NCBI RefSeq assembly: GCF_006345805.1
Contig: NC_042998.1
Location: 20,770,001-20,834,000 of the forward strand
DNA: 64,000 nt
Source: Octopus sinensis
Taxonomy: Eukaryota
Reading direction: 5' to 3'
Under the pieces are notes generated by a model. That model ran no database searches, had not been told where the DNA came from, and saw only the letters and a list, made by a program, of their open reading frames with translations. Both the position numbers and the translations under genes were made by a program. Below, piece after piece: positions 37,786 through 50,702 of the stretch (its first letter is position 1; each line of letters starts with the position of its first letter).

Positions 37786-38654
37786 TTATTTTATACATAC
37801 ACACATATATATGTATATATATATACAATAACTCAAGTGGGACAAAGCCATGAATTTAGATAATTTAGTTAGGTGCTGACGTACTGCTTGTCACACACAC
37901 ACACACACTTCAATGGATTGCAATCTGATTTTTGGAGAAAGACAAAGCCTAGCTTCTATTTTTAGTAAAACACACACACACTTGAGGATAACAAATTCAT
38001 ATTTACACTTAACGTAATGCAATTTGAGCAGTTTATAATGCTAAATCAAATATTCAATACTGAGAGAAAACAACTGAACAAAACAAATACAAAAAGTCAA
38101 CCAGCTGCCACCAATGCTGAATATATTTAAAAGAATACATTCTGATTTAATGGTAAGAACAACCGAATACAATTCAAACACTACTTCCATAAACAGTGAC
38201 CTAGAGGACACGAACCAGTAACACTTGCTAGAAATAGCAGCCAAATCTCCCTAATTTATACCGTGCCGTCTTAAATAAAGAACACCCACTTATCATCATC
38301 GCCATTATCGTTTGAACATTTACTTTTCTATGTTTGCCATGTATCTGACTCATACATTGTTCACTTTCCAGACATTTCTACATTACTGCATGTACTTTAT
38401 ATGCACTTTCTGACAAGTTGTGGTGCACCTGAGCACTGTATACAATAATTTCATTATTATTATTATTTTTATTATGGGTCAGTTAGTGTATATTGATGCA
38501 GATTTTCTATGCCCAGGTGCTCTTCCTGTCACTAACCCTCTCCAATTCCCAAGAAAGGTAATATTTCCCCTTAGTCAGACAGGTTCTCACAGAATATTCT
38601 CTTTTATTCTAGGCACAAGGTGCGAAATTTTGGAGAAGGGGGCCTGTCATTTAC

Positions 38655-38952
38655 ATCGATCCCAGTACGCAACTGGTACTTAATTCATCAACTCCGAAAG
38701 GATGACAGGCAAAGTCGACTACAGCGGAATTTGAACTCAGAACAAGGGGCTAAACACAGAGAGGACAAACAAGGACAAACGGATTAAGTCGATTATATCG
38801 ACCCCAGTGTGTAACTGGTACTCATTTAATCGACCCCAAAAGGATGAAAGGCAAAGTTACCTTGGTAGAATTTGAACTCAGAACATAAAGAGAGACAAAA
38901 TATCGCTAAGCATTTCGCCCGGCATGCTAATGTTTCTGCCAGCTCACTGCCT
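38655..38952 (-). mobile_element. SINE family C, partial dimer
   Basis: Two successive bodies with a junction different from the concatemers. Confidence 0.7.
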
Positions 38953-39954
38953 TGTTCTCACAGAATATTCAATATATAATGACACTGCTTGTATGACAAT
39001 GATAGTCACTTACAACTAAGGAGCTTTCCCAAGATGCTATCCTACAGCAACTGGGCATTTAAACAAAACACCTACACTATATATGTACGACCAATAATGC
39101 TTACATCACAAGAGCTGATTTTAATTTGTAATTTAATATATATATAATATTGAAAAAACTGGAGACATCAAGAAGGGGTACAGTTCTCATTCCTAAGGTA
39201 TTTTTCGATGTTGTTATTATCACTATTATTATTATTATTATTATATAATACATACATATACATATATATGACGGGCTTCTTTCAGTTTCCGTCTACCAAA
39301 TCCACTCACAAAGGTTTGGTTGGCCCGAGGCTATAGTAGAAGACACTTGCCCAAGGTGCCACACAGTGGGACTGAACCCAGAATCATGTGGTTTGTAAGC
39401 AAGCTACTATCCACACAGCCACTCCTAAGCCTATCACTTTTTTTTTTTGCATACAAAGTGTAGATTTCGAACAGTATATAGATTGCTATGTACAAAAATT
39501 TTGAAACAGGTGTGTAATAAATGTAAGCACTCAAGACAGGTGTTAAACAGTCACTGATTGTATTGAAAAAGACCTTCACAACTTATGCATAGTCAAAATT
39601 ATACTCCAGGGGTTGTTTTTTAACTCATGGTAGGACAAAGTACCTTGAACATGAATAACTGCTTACTCTTTTTAAAGGGCACACATGTTCTACATTATAA
39701 GTACAGCTCACTTGTCAGGAATTGCTGTTCCACAATACAGTACAGCTTACACATCTAGAGTTGTTGCCCTACTTTAGACATAAATACTCGCTAACACTTT
39801 ATAAAGGACATATATGCACTACAGCCAGGTTTTATACAAACTGAGCTCTGGAGGTGCCCTGGAAAAAATTCTGAAGTTTCACAAAATTTTGAAGTTCTAC
39901 AAAATGGTAATTACTATTTTCAAAATGATGAATTATTATATGAATAAATTCTCT

Positions 39955-40362
39955 CTTTTACTTGTTTCAGTCATTTGACTGCGGCCATGCTGGAGCATCG
40001 CCTTTAGTCGAGTAAATCGACCCCAGGACTTATTCTTTGTAAGCCTAGTACTTATTCTATCGGTCTCTTTTGCTGAACTGCTAAGTTACGGGAACGTAAA
40101 CACACCACCATCAGTTGTCAAGCAATGTTGGGGGGACAAACACAGACACACAAACATATAGCACACACACACACACACATATATATATATGTACATGTAT
40201 ACGACGGGCTTCTTTCAGTTTCCGTCTACCAAATCCGCTCACAAGGCTTTGGTCGGCCCGAGGCTATAGTAGAAGACACTTACCCAAGGTGCCACGCAGT
40301 GGGAATGAACCCGGAACCATGTGGTTGGTAAGCAAGCTACTTACCACACAGCCACTCCTGCG
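39955..40362 (-). mobile_element. SINE family B, full length
   Basis: Complete consensus. Confidence 0.85.
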
Positions 40363-41126
40363 CTCTTTCTAAAATTATTTTAATTTCATTTAATGTCTTA
40401 TCTAAAATTTAATTTTAAAGTGGTTGTTTATAAGTACCAAAAAAAAAAAGTGCTGGGGTTGAAATAATCCATTAAAAGCCCTTGAAGGTGATGTCCAAGC
40501 AAAACCACAGTCCAATGAATGAAGCCAATAACAGAATTCAAGAAATAGCTTGTACTATTATGAAAGAACTGGTCATTGACGGCTGGGCACAGAGTTATAA
40601 GAGCAGCAGACAAAATGTTTTGTGGTATTTAGTTACAACCTTTTACATTCTGAGTTCAAATCCCACTGAAACCACCTTAGCTTCCGTCCTTGTAAAGTTA
40701 TAAAAAGTGCCAGTCAGATACTAAATCAAGATTTTATTGACCATACCCACTCCTAAAATGTGTGGTGGCCTTTTGCTTAATGCTAGCAAGCAACAGAGCA
40801 ATTCAGAACATTTTTCACATTTTAAAAGTTTTATAAAAGATAGAAAACTAAGAAAAATAAAATAAAATAAAAAAACAAAACAAAAAAAAAACCAAGAATT
40901 CCTGACCTAAAAATGGAAGCTGTTCAGCTGTGTGCTTTGTATGAAGAATAATTTGTTGTTGCTGTACCACCAGCAATAGCTTTCATTACATAATTATTTC
41001 TAATTAACTTAAAGCTTATGACGATTTTTGTTTACATATTTTACTGATAGTAGCAAACTAAATTACATCCACTATAGCTGAAAATAGCAGAAAATCTCTT
41101 TCAGAACACACCCTTTACTATCTTAA

Positions 41127-41354
41127 CCCTTTCGATACCAACCTGGCTAAAACCTGCTCTGGCTCCGTAGCATAAATGTCTTGTTTTCATAACTTTTGAA
41201 TTAAAATCTCCCACCAAAACTTAAGTCACAATTAATGCTCCTAACACTAGCTGAATGATACTTTAAGTTATTTTATTCAATTCTTTGTTATATTTAAAGT
41301 AATTGAAAAAAAAAAAACACAGAGCATCTCAAAATAAATACAGTAACGAAAGGG
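41127..41354. mobile_element. piggyBac-type MITE
   Basis: TTAA on both sides; TIRs ccctttcg / cgaaaggg. Confidence 0.75.
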
Positions 41355-42064
41355 TTAAAAACAACCTGTGTTAAACAAATTATGAAAGTCTGGGTCAGTT
41401 CTTGTTCCCAGACATGTCACGGTAACAAAAAAAGTTTAAAAGCATATTTACCATGCAAAGGTTGGATTTAGGCATAATTGAAGCACAAGCTTTTAAATTA
41501 ACAAACAATATCTTTCACAGGAAAAGTTCTTAGTCCATCTCCAGTTTGATATCAACAAAGAAAAAAATGATGATCTGCAATAGGTTACATATATATCACC
41601 AGCAGGTATAATAAAATTGTGATTATTAAAGGTGAATAGGGTAATATTAGCTCTTGCCGATCAAATATTTATAGTAAACAAGCCACACACAGCCAGTTCC
41701 TCCGGCTTTGGATTACATTACATACTCTGTTATTAAAGATTGTGATTTGACAACCAAACAGAAATAAACACAACACACTGTGTTCACACAGTTCTCAAAT
41801 ATTGACAGGTATTAATCCAATTTGTTTCCTGAAGAGATGTACTGTCATTGTTATGCTAATATTACCGTGTTTGGTTTGTGTGCTGTATGTGGCTGGACCT
41901 ATTTAAGGTAGACACCAAGTTCAATGTAACAGCTAGACTGTTGAAAAAAAATAAAAAAGCTTCTGAATGTCAAAGATTGCATGCAACAGATGTACATAGG
42001 TCAATATTGTATGATACAATAATCAAACGTGACACAATTATCACACACACACACGTATACGATT

Positions 42065-42575
42065 GGTTGGTCCTTTATACGTGTCACCGACCTGACTGGC
42101 GTCCGTGTCGGTGACATGTAAAAAGCACAAACCGATCGTGGCCATTTGCCAGCCTCCTCTGACCCCTGTGCCGGTGGCATGTAAAAAAGCACCCACTACA
42201 CTCATGGAGTGGTTGGCATTAGGAAGGACATCCAGCTGTAGAAACACTGCCAGATCCTCCTGGCTTTCCAGACCCCAGTCAAACCATCCAACCCATGCTA
42301 GCATGGAAAACGGACGTTAAACGATGATGATGATATATATATATATATATATATATATGTGAGCTGGCAGAAACGGGCAAAATGCTTTGCGGTATTTCAT
42401 CTGCCGCTACGTTCTGAGTTCAAATTCCGCCAAGGTCAACTTTGCCTTTCATCCTTTCAGGGTCGATAAATGAAGTACCAGTTACGCACTGGGGTCGATG
42501 TAATCGACTTAATCCGTTTGTCTGTCCTTGTTTGTCCCCTCTGTGTTTAGCCCCTTGAGGGTAATAAAGAAACAG
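42065..42575 (+). mobile_element. Adjacent family A SINE (42065-42333) and family C SINE (42358-42575)
   Basis: Both consensus bodies, separated by (TA)n. Confidence 0.8.
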
Positions 42576-43067
42576 ATATATATATATAACCCATGCTAGC
42601 ATGGAAAACGGACGCTAAATGATGATGATGATGATGATGATATATAGGTGCAGGCATGGCTGTTAATAAGTTTGCTTCCCAACCACGTGGTTCTAGGTAC
42701 AGTGCACAACAGGATAGCTTGAGCAAGTGTTTTTTACTACAGCCCCAATCCGATCAAAGTAGACAAAAACCCGAAAGAGGCATATCACATGTATGTGTAT
42801 GAGTGTGAGCCCTTGCATGTTTGCTTATTCTTGTCTTGATACTGTGTGATAGTTGTAAATGATTGTCACTGTGATACGGTCAGTGTCATTCACTTCCAAT
42901 CTTCTGTAAAAACACATCTGGCTCTAAGGAAATAATATCGTGTTTGGGAACAGGTTTGAGTTTACAAGAGGAAAGGCATCTGGCCACAGAAAATCTGCCT
43001 CGATAAACACCGTCCAACCCATGCAAGTATGGAAGCATAGACGTTAAAATGATTATATATATATATA

Positions 43068-43416
43068 CTCTCTTTTACTCTTATACTTGTTTCAGTCATT
43101 TGACTGCGGCCATGCTGGAGCACACCCTAGTACTTATTCTATCAGTCTCTTTTGCCGAACCGCTAAGTTACAGAGACATAAACACACCAGCATCGGTTGT
43201 CAAGCGATGTTGGGAGGGACAAACACAGACACACAAACATATATATACAGATATACGACAGGCTTCTTTCAGTTTCCGTCTACCAAATCCACTCACAAGG
43301 CTTTAGTCGACCTGAGGCTATAGTAGAAGGCACTTGCCCAAGGTGGCACGCAGTGGGACTGAACCCAGAACCATATGGTTGGTAAGCAAGCTACTTACAA
43401 CACAGCCCAGCCACTC

Positions 43417-43418
<2 letters not shown>
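43068..43418 (-). mobile_element. SINE family B
   Basis: Consensus with an internal deletion. Confidence 0.8.
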
Positions 43419-43495
<77 letters not shown>

Positions 43496-43807
43496 TTGAA
43501 TTTACAAGTTCTTTAAGAAAAAGAAAAAAAGAATGCAGTTCCGATAACGGACAGGGTCAATGACTATTGAAAAGGATGCAAGACCCAACAAAAATTTTAG
43601 TAAAAATGTATAAGTAAATGAGTGGAAATCAGACCAGTGAGTGTGTTAAATTAATAAGGCACTAAAAGAGAATGACTCTCTCCAGTCACAATAAAATTTA
43701 ACAAACACATATTGACTAAAATACTACTTTCCCACTTTCAGTTCTGATGAGCCTCACAGCTGACCAAGTTGCTAGGGAATTGGTTTACTGGCCAAATGTT
43801 TATATAC

Positions 43808-44036
43808 CTATTTCTTTATTACCCACAAGGGGCTAAACACAGAGGGGACAAACAAGGACAGACATAGGTATTAAGTCGATTACATCAATCCCAGTGCGTA
43901 ACTGGTACTTAATTTATCGACCCCGAAAGGATGAAAGGCAAAGTCGACCTCGGCGGAATTTGAACTCACAACGTAATGACAGACGAAATACGGCTATGTA
44001 TTTCGCCTGGCGTGCTAACGTTTCTGCCAGCTCGCC
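43808..44036 (-). mobile_element. SINE family C monomer
   Basis: Complete head and body. Confidence 0.85.
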
Positions 44037-44439
44037 AAAAATGTTTATTTATCATCACCAACATAGCAAAAAAATAAAAAACTATAACTCTATGACACCC
44101 ATTCTACCAAGCAAGAAGACTGTGAGAGTCATGCCAACAAACAAGCCCCTTTTTTTTAGTCTGTGCCACATAACTCATAGGCATCAACTCCAATATGAGA
44201 GCAAATTTCTCTCCAGGCTGTGTAAGATGGCACTGTGTGTGCCAACTCTGAGACAGTACATGGACCTGTGTCCCACATAAGTTCACAGGTATATGTCACG
44301 AGGGCCTGGTCATCAGTCTTGAAAGTGCAGGGATAGGCTGATCTGTTAGATGAATTCCATAGTCTTTTCAAATGGCTAATAATGTGTGCGCACGCCGCTA
44401 CTACACACATTGGAAAGCACTGTACAACCAAGCACTAAA

Positions 44440-44938
44440 GAAGATCTTTCCTCATCAGGCATTTGCCATATTCTGAATGCCTTACTTCCCTGGGCATGGA
44501 CACATTGAAACTCCGACGTCTGGCAGCTGACCTGGCAGACACCCATAAAATTATCAACCATCTTACAAACAATAACTCTGAGCACCTTTTCAAACTCCAC
44601 CCGTCTAATACCCATGGACATATTTACAAAGTCAGAAAACAGCACAGCTCCCATGACTTTCGGAAACATTTTTTCACGCTAAGAGTTGCTGAAGCATGGA
44701 ACAAACTGCCGGCATCAGTTGTTAGTTGTCGGAGCACTGCATCCTTCAAAACTTCCATGCTTCCTGTGATTCGCCAACACTACACCTGATTTTCTCCCCT
44801 CCATACACACACAAGCATGTATCTGACTCATACATTGTTCGCTTTCCAGACATTTGTACATTACTGCATATGCTTTATATGCACTTTTGACAAGTTGTGG
44901 TGCACCTGAGCACTGTATACAATAATTTCATTATTATG
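44440..44938 (+). mobile_element. CR1/L2-clade LINE 3' end
   Basis: LPYSECLTSLGMDTLKLRRL..DL..HKI..THGHIYKV..RKHFFTLRVAEAWNKLP motifs; tail gcacctgagcactgtatacaataatttcattatt, also at ~38430, ~52050, ~55830. Confidence 0.8.
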
Positions 44939-45150
44939 AAACAAAGCTGTTCCCGCTGGACGTCAACCCAGTATTTCTAAGCCATCTGCTCGCGATACCA
45001 GAGGGCGCACACTCTCCTACCCTGATGTAATCTCCAGGGATACAGGCATCCAACAACAGGACCTCCGTAATGCTATGATGGACCGTGAAGTCTGGCGTAA
45101 CATAGTAAATTCCATTGTCTCGACCACGGTCGAACAATGATGATGATGAT
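44939..45150 (+). mobile_element. RTE-clade LINE 3' end fused to the CR1 tail
   Basis: Same 3' end as 1356 and 33606. Confidence 0.8.
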
Positions 45151-45362
45151 GTTAGATGAAAACTTCAATGCTGTTGCTTGACTCGCAATAAACAACAGGT
45201 AAATCCCACTCAAAAATCTTAGAAAAGGACACATTGCATAATGTAAGTTAAATGATGATGATGATACTAACATAATGATCACTCAATGATTAAAATTAAT
45301 TCTTGGATTAAATATAAATGAAATTATTCTGTATTTTAACTGCTGGAATTATGTCTATACAA

Positions 45363-45541
45363 CAGTGGTTTTCAACCAGGGTTCCGCAAGAAGTTACGAA
45401 ACTGTTAAAATCGGCAGTAATTTTTAATTCTCCTGTGCAGATATGTGTGCATAAGACTATTAAATTATTGCACAGGGGTTCCTCAAGCCAGTGGATTGTT
45501 TCCTTGGGGTTCCGCTCCAGCAAAATGTTTGAAAAGCACTG
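45363..45541. mobile_element. hAT-type MITE
   Basis: TIRs cagtggttttcaac / tttgaaaagcactg; perfect 8-bp TSD ctatacaa. Confidence 0.85.
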
Positions 45542-45583
45542 CTATACAAGTATACATACAGTGTTTAGTCAAATACAATCTCA

Positions 45584-45999
45584 AAAAATTATTAAGTGCG
45601 CAAAACTGTAATTTCTTTGGATGTTTTAAGCATTTTGGATTATAAGTATAAAACTCTACCACCTTTTCGGTTATTTTTTCAGGTTCTCACTTTTTTACTT
45701 CCGAATTTGTGTAAAGCATAATTTTGAAGAAACGTATTATTAGATGCTTTAAGTGTAAATCTGAAAAACTTTTCTCAAGACAGTGAAAACTAAGAAAAAA
45801 AAAAGAGAAAAATTACTGAAAATGTGGGTGGCTTTCCATATCCCACTCTTTTTTTTTTTTTTTTTTTTTTTCTTTTTAGGTTAATAATCCACACAGGTTC
45901 GAAGAAATTCCAGTATTGGGCATGCTAGATAATTTCTGGTGCTATTCTACAGAAATGTCATGTTTTCAGAATCGTAAGCGAGAAAGAGAGAGGGAGATG

Positions 46000-46031
<32 letters not shown>

Positions 46032-46059
46032 GATGGTGATGATGAGGAGGAGGAGGATA
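45584..46059 (+). repeat. 476-bp copy of 58586-59072, flanked by a perfect 62-bp direct repeat
   Basis: Direct repeat at 45522-45583 and 46060-46121. Confidence 0.9.
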
Positions 46060-46439
46060 AAAATGTTTGAAAAGCACTGCTATACAAGTATACATACAGT
46101 GTTTAGTCAAATACAATCTCACAGTTGCTTGTGATTCATTATAGTCAGAATTTCTATTCAACACAAAATGGCCAAGCTGTTACATTGAAGCAGTAGTCCT
46201 CTTAAATACACACAGCCATGTGTAAATATACAACACACATTTAATGATATTAGCAAAACAATGCTATCAAATTTCCTGGAAACAAATTGGTTCAATTCTT
46301 TTCAATGTTTGAGATCCGTATCAAACAGAATTTGTTATTTATGTTTTTATCATTTGTTAAATAACATTCTTTTTAATGGCGTCTTTAATATCATTTAAAG
46401 CCTAAAGGACTGATTCTGTGTTTGTACTACTTTTATTTG

Positions 46440-46932
46440 ATAGAGCACCATCCGAGCGGGATTGTTGTCGGAGCAACCATCTGGCCTCCATGCTGGTGGC
46501 CCGTAAAAGACACCATTCGAGCGTGATCGTTACCAGCATTGCCTTACTAGCACTTGTGCCCCATGCTAGTAGGGTGCTAAGAGCACCATCCGAGCGTGAT
46601 CGTTGCTGGAGCGGCTCATTGGCCTCTATGCTGATGGCACGTAAAAGACACCATTCGAGCGTGATCGTTACCAGCGTCAGCTTACTGGCACCTGTGCCGG
46701 TGGCATGTGTAAAAGATTCAAGCGAGGTCGTTGCCAGTACCGCCTGACTGGCATGCAAAAAGCACCCACTACACTCTCGGAGTGGTTGACGTTAGGAAGG
46801 GCATCCAGCTGTAGAAACTCTGCCAGATCAAGATTGGATCCTGGTGCAGCCATCTGGTTCGCCAGCCCTCAGTCATTCGTCCAACCCATGCTAACATGGA
46901 AAGCGGACGTTAAACGACGATGATGATGATGA
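46440..46932 (+). mobile_element. SINE family A with multiplied internal repeats
   Basis: Repeated agagcaccatccgagcgtgatcgtt modules, then core and tail. Confidence 0.8.
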
Positions 46933-47202
46933 ACTGATAGACCCTGTTCACCTTTAATAATTACCGCTGTATTGTTTCCTGTTTGAAATATAGACCTAGC
47001 TTGTTTCAGTTATCTTTTCCCTGCATCGATGCCTAACCGAAGCTACAGTTTCACAAGGTGTTATTATTAGTGGTTGTATTCGTCTGCCCACCAAAAGCAG
47101 ACAAGGAACCTTTCCCGAGTAAGGTATGTGACCCAAATATACAGGTGCATGTGTGACAGTGTGGTTGTTAAAAAGTTTGCTTCCAAACCATATGATTCTG
47201 GA

Positions 47203-48698
47203 CTAGGCGGCAAGCTGGCAGAAACGTTAGTACACCGGGCGAACTGCTTATCGGTATTTCGTCTGTCATCCGAATCGTGGCCGATGCCAGCGCCGCCTCG
47301 ACTGGCTTCCGTGTCGGTGGCACGTAAAAAGCACCATCCGAATCGTGGCCGAAGCCAGTGCCGCCTCGACTGGCTTCCATGCAGGTGGCACGTAAAATGC
47401 ACCAATGCGACCGTGGCCGATGCCAGCCTTGCCTGGCTCCAGTGCAGGTGGCACGTAAAAAGCACCCACTACACTCGCGGAGTGGTTGGCGTTAGGAAGG
47501 GCATCCAGCTGTAGAAACATTGCCAGATAAGACCGGAGCCTGGTGCAGCCTTCTGGCTTCCCAGATCCCCGTTCGAACCGTCCAACCCATGCTAGCATGG
47601 AGAACGGACGTTAAACAATGATGATGATGATGATGTTACGTTCTGAGTTCAAATTCCGCCGAGGTCGACTTTGCCTTTCATCCTTTCGGGGTCGATAAAT
47701 GAAGTACCAGTTTCGCACAGGGGTCGATGTAATCGAATTAATCCGTTTGTCTGTCCTTGTTTGTCCCCTCTGTGTTTAGCCCCTTGTGGGTAGTAAAGAA
47801 ATAGGTATTTCGTCTGTCGTTACGTTCTGAGTTCAAATTCCGCCGAGGTCGACTTTGCCTTTCATCCTTTCGGGGTCGATAAATAAAGTACCAGTTTCGC
47901 ACTGGGGTCGATGTAATCGAATTAATCCGTTTGTCTGTCCTTGTTTGTCCCCTCTGTGTTTAGCCCCTTGTGGGTAGTAAAGAAATAGGTATTTCGTCTG
48001 TCGTTACGTTGTGAGTTCAAATTCCGCCGAGGTCGACTTTGCCTTTCATCCTTTCGGGGGTCGATAAATAAAGAACAGGTTTGGCACTGGGGTCGATGTA
48101 ATCGAATTAATCCGTTTGTCTATCTTTGTTTGTCCCCTCTGTGTTTAGCCCCTTGTGGGTAGTAAAGAAATAGGTATTTCGTCTGCCGTTACGTTGTGAG
48201 TTCAAATTCCGCCGAGGTCGACTTTGCCTTTCATCCTTTCGGGGTCGATAAATAAAGTACCAGTTTTGCACTGGGGTCGATGTAATCGAATTAATCCGTT
48301 TGTCCCCTCTGTGTTTAGCCCCTTGTGGGTAGTAAAGAAATAGGTATTTCCTCTGCTGTTACGTTCCGAGTGCAAATTCCGCCGAGGTCGACTTTGCCTT
48401 TCATCCTTTCGGGGGTCGATAAATAAAGTACCAGTTTCGCACTGGGGTCGATGTAATCGAATTAATCCGTTTGTCCCCTCTGTGTTTAGCCCCTTGTGGG
48501 TAGTAAAGAAATAGGTATTTCGTCTGTCGTTACGTTCTGAGTTCAAATTCCGCCGAGGTCGACTTTGCCTTTCATCTTTTCGGGGGTCGATAAATAAAGT
48601 ACCAGTTTCGCACTGGGGTCGATGTAATCGAATTAATCCATTTGTCTATCCTTGTTTGTCCCCTCTATGTTTAGCCCTTTGTGGGTAGTAAAGAAATA
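47203..48698 (+). mobile_element. Family C SINE concatemer: one head, nested family A SINE (47271-47635), six bodies of 170-185 bp
   Basis: Junction aaagaaata|ggtatttcg at ~47804, 47988, 48173, 48343 and 48514. Confidence 0.9.
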
Positions 48699-49247
48699 TA
48701 TATGATTCTGGATTCTATCACACAGCAGAGCATCTAGGACGAGTGTCTTCTACTACAGTGTGGACCAACCAAAGTGAAAGAAATCTGTTCTACGTATGTG
48801 TTTGTGTGCCCCAACACTGGGTGACAGTTTGTGTATCGGTCAAAACACGTGTCCAGTTATGGATACATATTACCTTGCTTCGAAACAGGTGAAGGTTGGC
48901 GACAGGAAAGGTATCTGGCCTTAGAAAAATCTACCTCAACAAATTCCGTCTGACTCATGCAAATAAAGAACGTTGGACGTTAAGATGATGATGATGATGG
49001 CGATTTGAAGATAAGCCCGGATGAGAGCATGCCTCTATGGCTCTCCTTTGAATGCTATTCTCTGCGCTGTATTTCGTTTCCAGTCTAACCAAATTCGAAA
49101 AAAACAAGATGACTGATGTAATATGAGAATAACCTTGAATAGGCTCAAACAGATTTTTCATGTTACAACAAGAATTTGACCCTTTCACCAACTATCAATT
49201 TCATTTGGAGATAAGTTGACAACAATATCACAGATCTTATTTATATA

Positions 49248-49645
49248 AGGTGCAGGAGTGGCTGTGTGGTAAGTAGCTTGTTTACCAACCACATGGTTCC
49301 GGGTTCAGTCCCACTGTGTGGCACCTTGGGCAAGTGTCTTCTACTAAGCCTCGGGCCGACTCAAAGCCTTGTGAGTGGTTTTGGTAGACGGAAACCGAAA
49401 GAAGCCCGTCGTATATATGTATATATATGCGTGTGTGTGTTTGTGTGTCTGTGTTTGTTCCCCTAGCATTGCTTGACAACCGATGCTGGTGTGTTTATGT
49501 CCCCGTTACTTAGCGGTTCGGCAAAAGTGACCGATAGAATAAGTACTGGGCTTACAAAAGAATAAGTCCCGGGGTCGAGTTGCTCGATAAAAGGCGGTGC
49601 TCCAGCATGGCCGCAGTCAAATGACTGAAACAAGTAAAAGAGTAT
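49248..49645 (+). mobile_element. SINE family B, full length
   Basis: Complete consensus. Confidence 0.85.
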
Positions 49646-49755
49646 ATAATGCAAAAATTCGTTGTTTCAAGAGCTAGGAGATTCACTTTAGATAAGAACA
49701 TAATTTCAATTGTTTTTCTTTAATCATTAGTGTCCGGTAACAAAACAAAAAGAAG

Positions 49756-49930
49756 AAAAAAATCATTGGAGCCAAGCCTGTCATATCTGGGTCATCGAAC
49801 TGAAGTTCGTTAGTAACCGGCGGCGCCATTGTCACGCTCCATTTATCCAAGTGAAACCGAAATCGCACGTGATCCATATGGTTCAGCTGTTTAATTCGAA
49901 TGGCGGGGCAGACGTGTGTTACATGCAAAT
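49756..49930 (-). promoter_or_regulatory. CpG-rich unique island: candidate Pol III small-RNA gene or internal promoter
   Basis: A-box-like TGGCGCCGCCGG, B-box-like GTTCGATGACC, T7 run, upstream CACGTG, octamer ATTTGCAT, AATGGCG motifs. Confidence 0.35.
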
Positions 49931-50294
49931 AACTAGCAGACACCTTAAATAAATCCAATTATGAACAAGCCAAAAAAAAAAAAAAAACCATACAACTTCA
50001 GCTTAAAAAGTAATGCCATCACATTTCTGAGCGTGTTTAGTTTTATTTAATTGCTATATATAAACATATATATATATGCTTCCATTCTTCAAATGATTCC
50101 AATCTTGGGACAATGATGTTAAGACCCACGAGTTGTCATAATTAAAGCACGCCTATGACGGAAGACGTTTTACCTATGACTATCCTATAATCGTGCATTT
50201 ATTTTTGTACAGAATCTTCTATTTTATGGGTGATTTTAAAGCAATCTGGCTGTTGTTTCTCGTACTTTAGGTACCACGTAGTGTTTCTTTCGCC

Positions 50295-50342
<48 letters not shown>

Positions 50343-50437
50343 CATTAGGTACGATTAGTGAAATTTTGGTAGTAATGACTTATGTCCCTCTTAGTGTGAG
50401 GCATTTATGTGTAATAATGCCCTCTATACAATATAAA

Positions 50438-50483
<46 letters not shown>

Positions 50484-50670
50484 AAATTGGTATGAGGTTT
50501 CTGTATAGGTTGTGTTATATAGACAAAAAAAAAGAAACAATGGGTGACGATGCTCAGTAACATGGAGAGAATTATTGCAATATTTTGAGACAAATTAAAG
50601 AGGCAACAACAAATGTCATTTCATTTAATTTGATCTTTTGCACTTACACACACACAAGCATGTATGTATG

Positions 50671-50702
<32 letters not shown>

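Noticed and set aside
41452-41576. AG...GT-bounded segment as a coding exon
   Set aside because: All three frames contain stops; at most a non-coding exon, and unsupported.
45916-46164. Poly-Met / poly-His ORFs (also 58994-59392, 25433-25828)
   Set aside because: Translations of (GAT)n, (CAT)n and (AAT)n microsatellites.
8423-49645. tRNA genes
   Set aside because: All A/B-box heads continue into SINE bodies, and none forms a complete cloverleaf with an acceptor stem.
49683-49829. MAPPVTNELQFDDPDMTG... as a protein-coding first exon
   Set aside because: No convincing GT donor before the frame runs into a T-rich tract, and no recognised homology.
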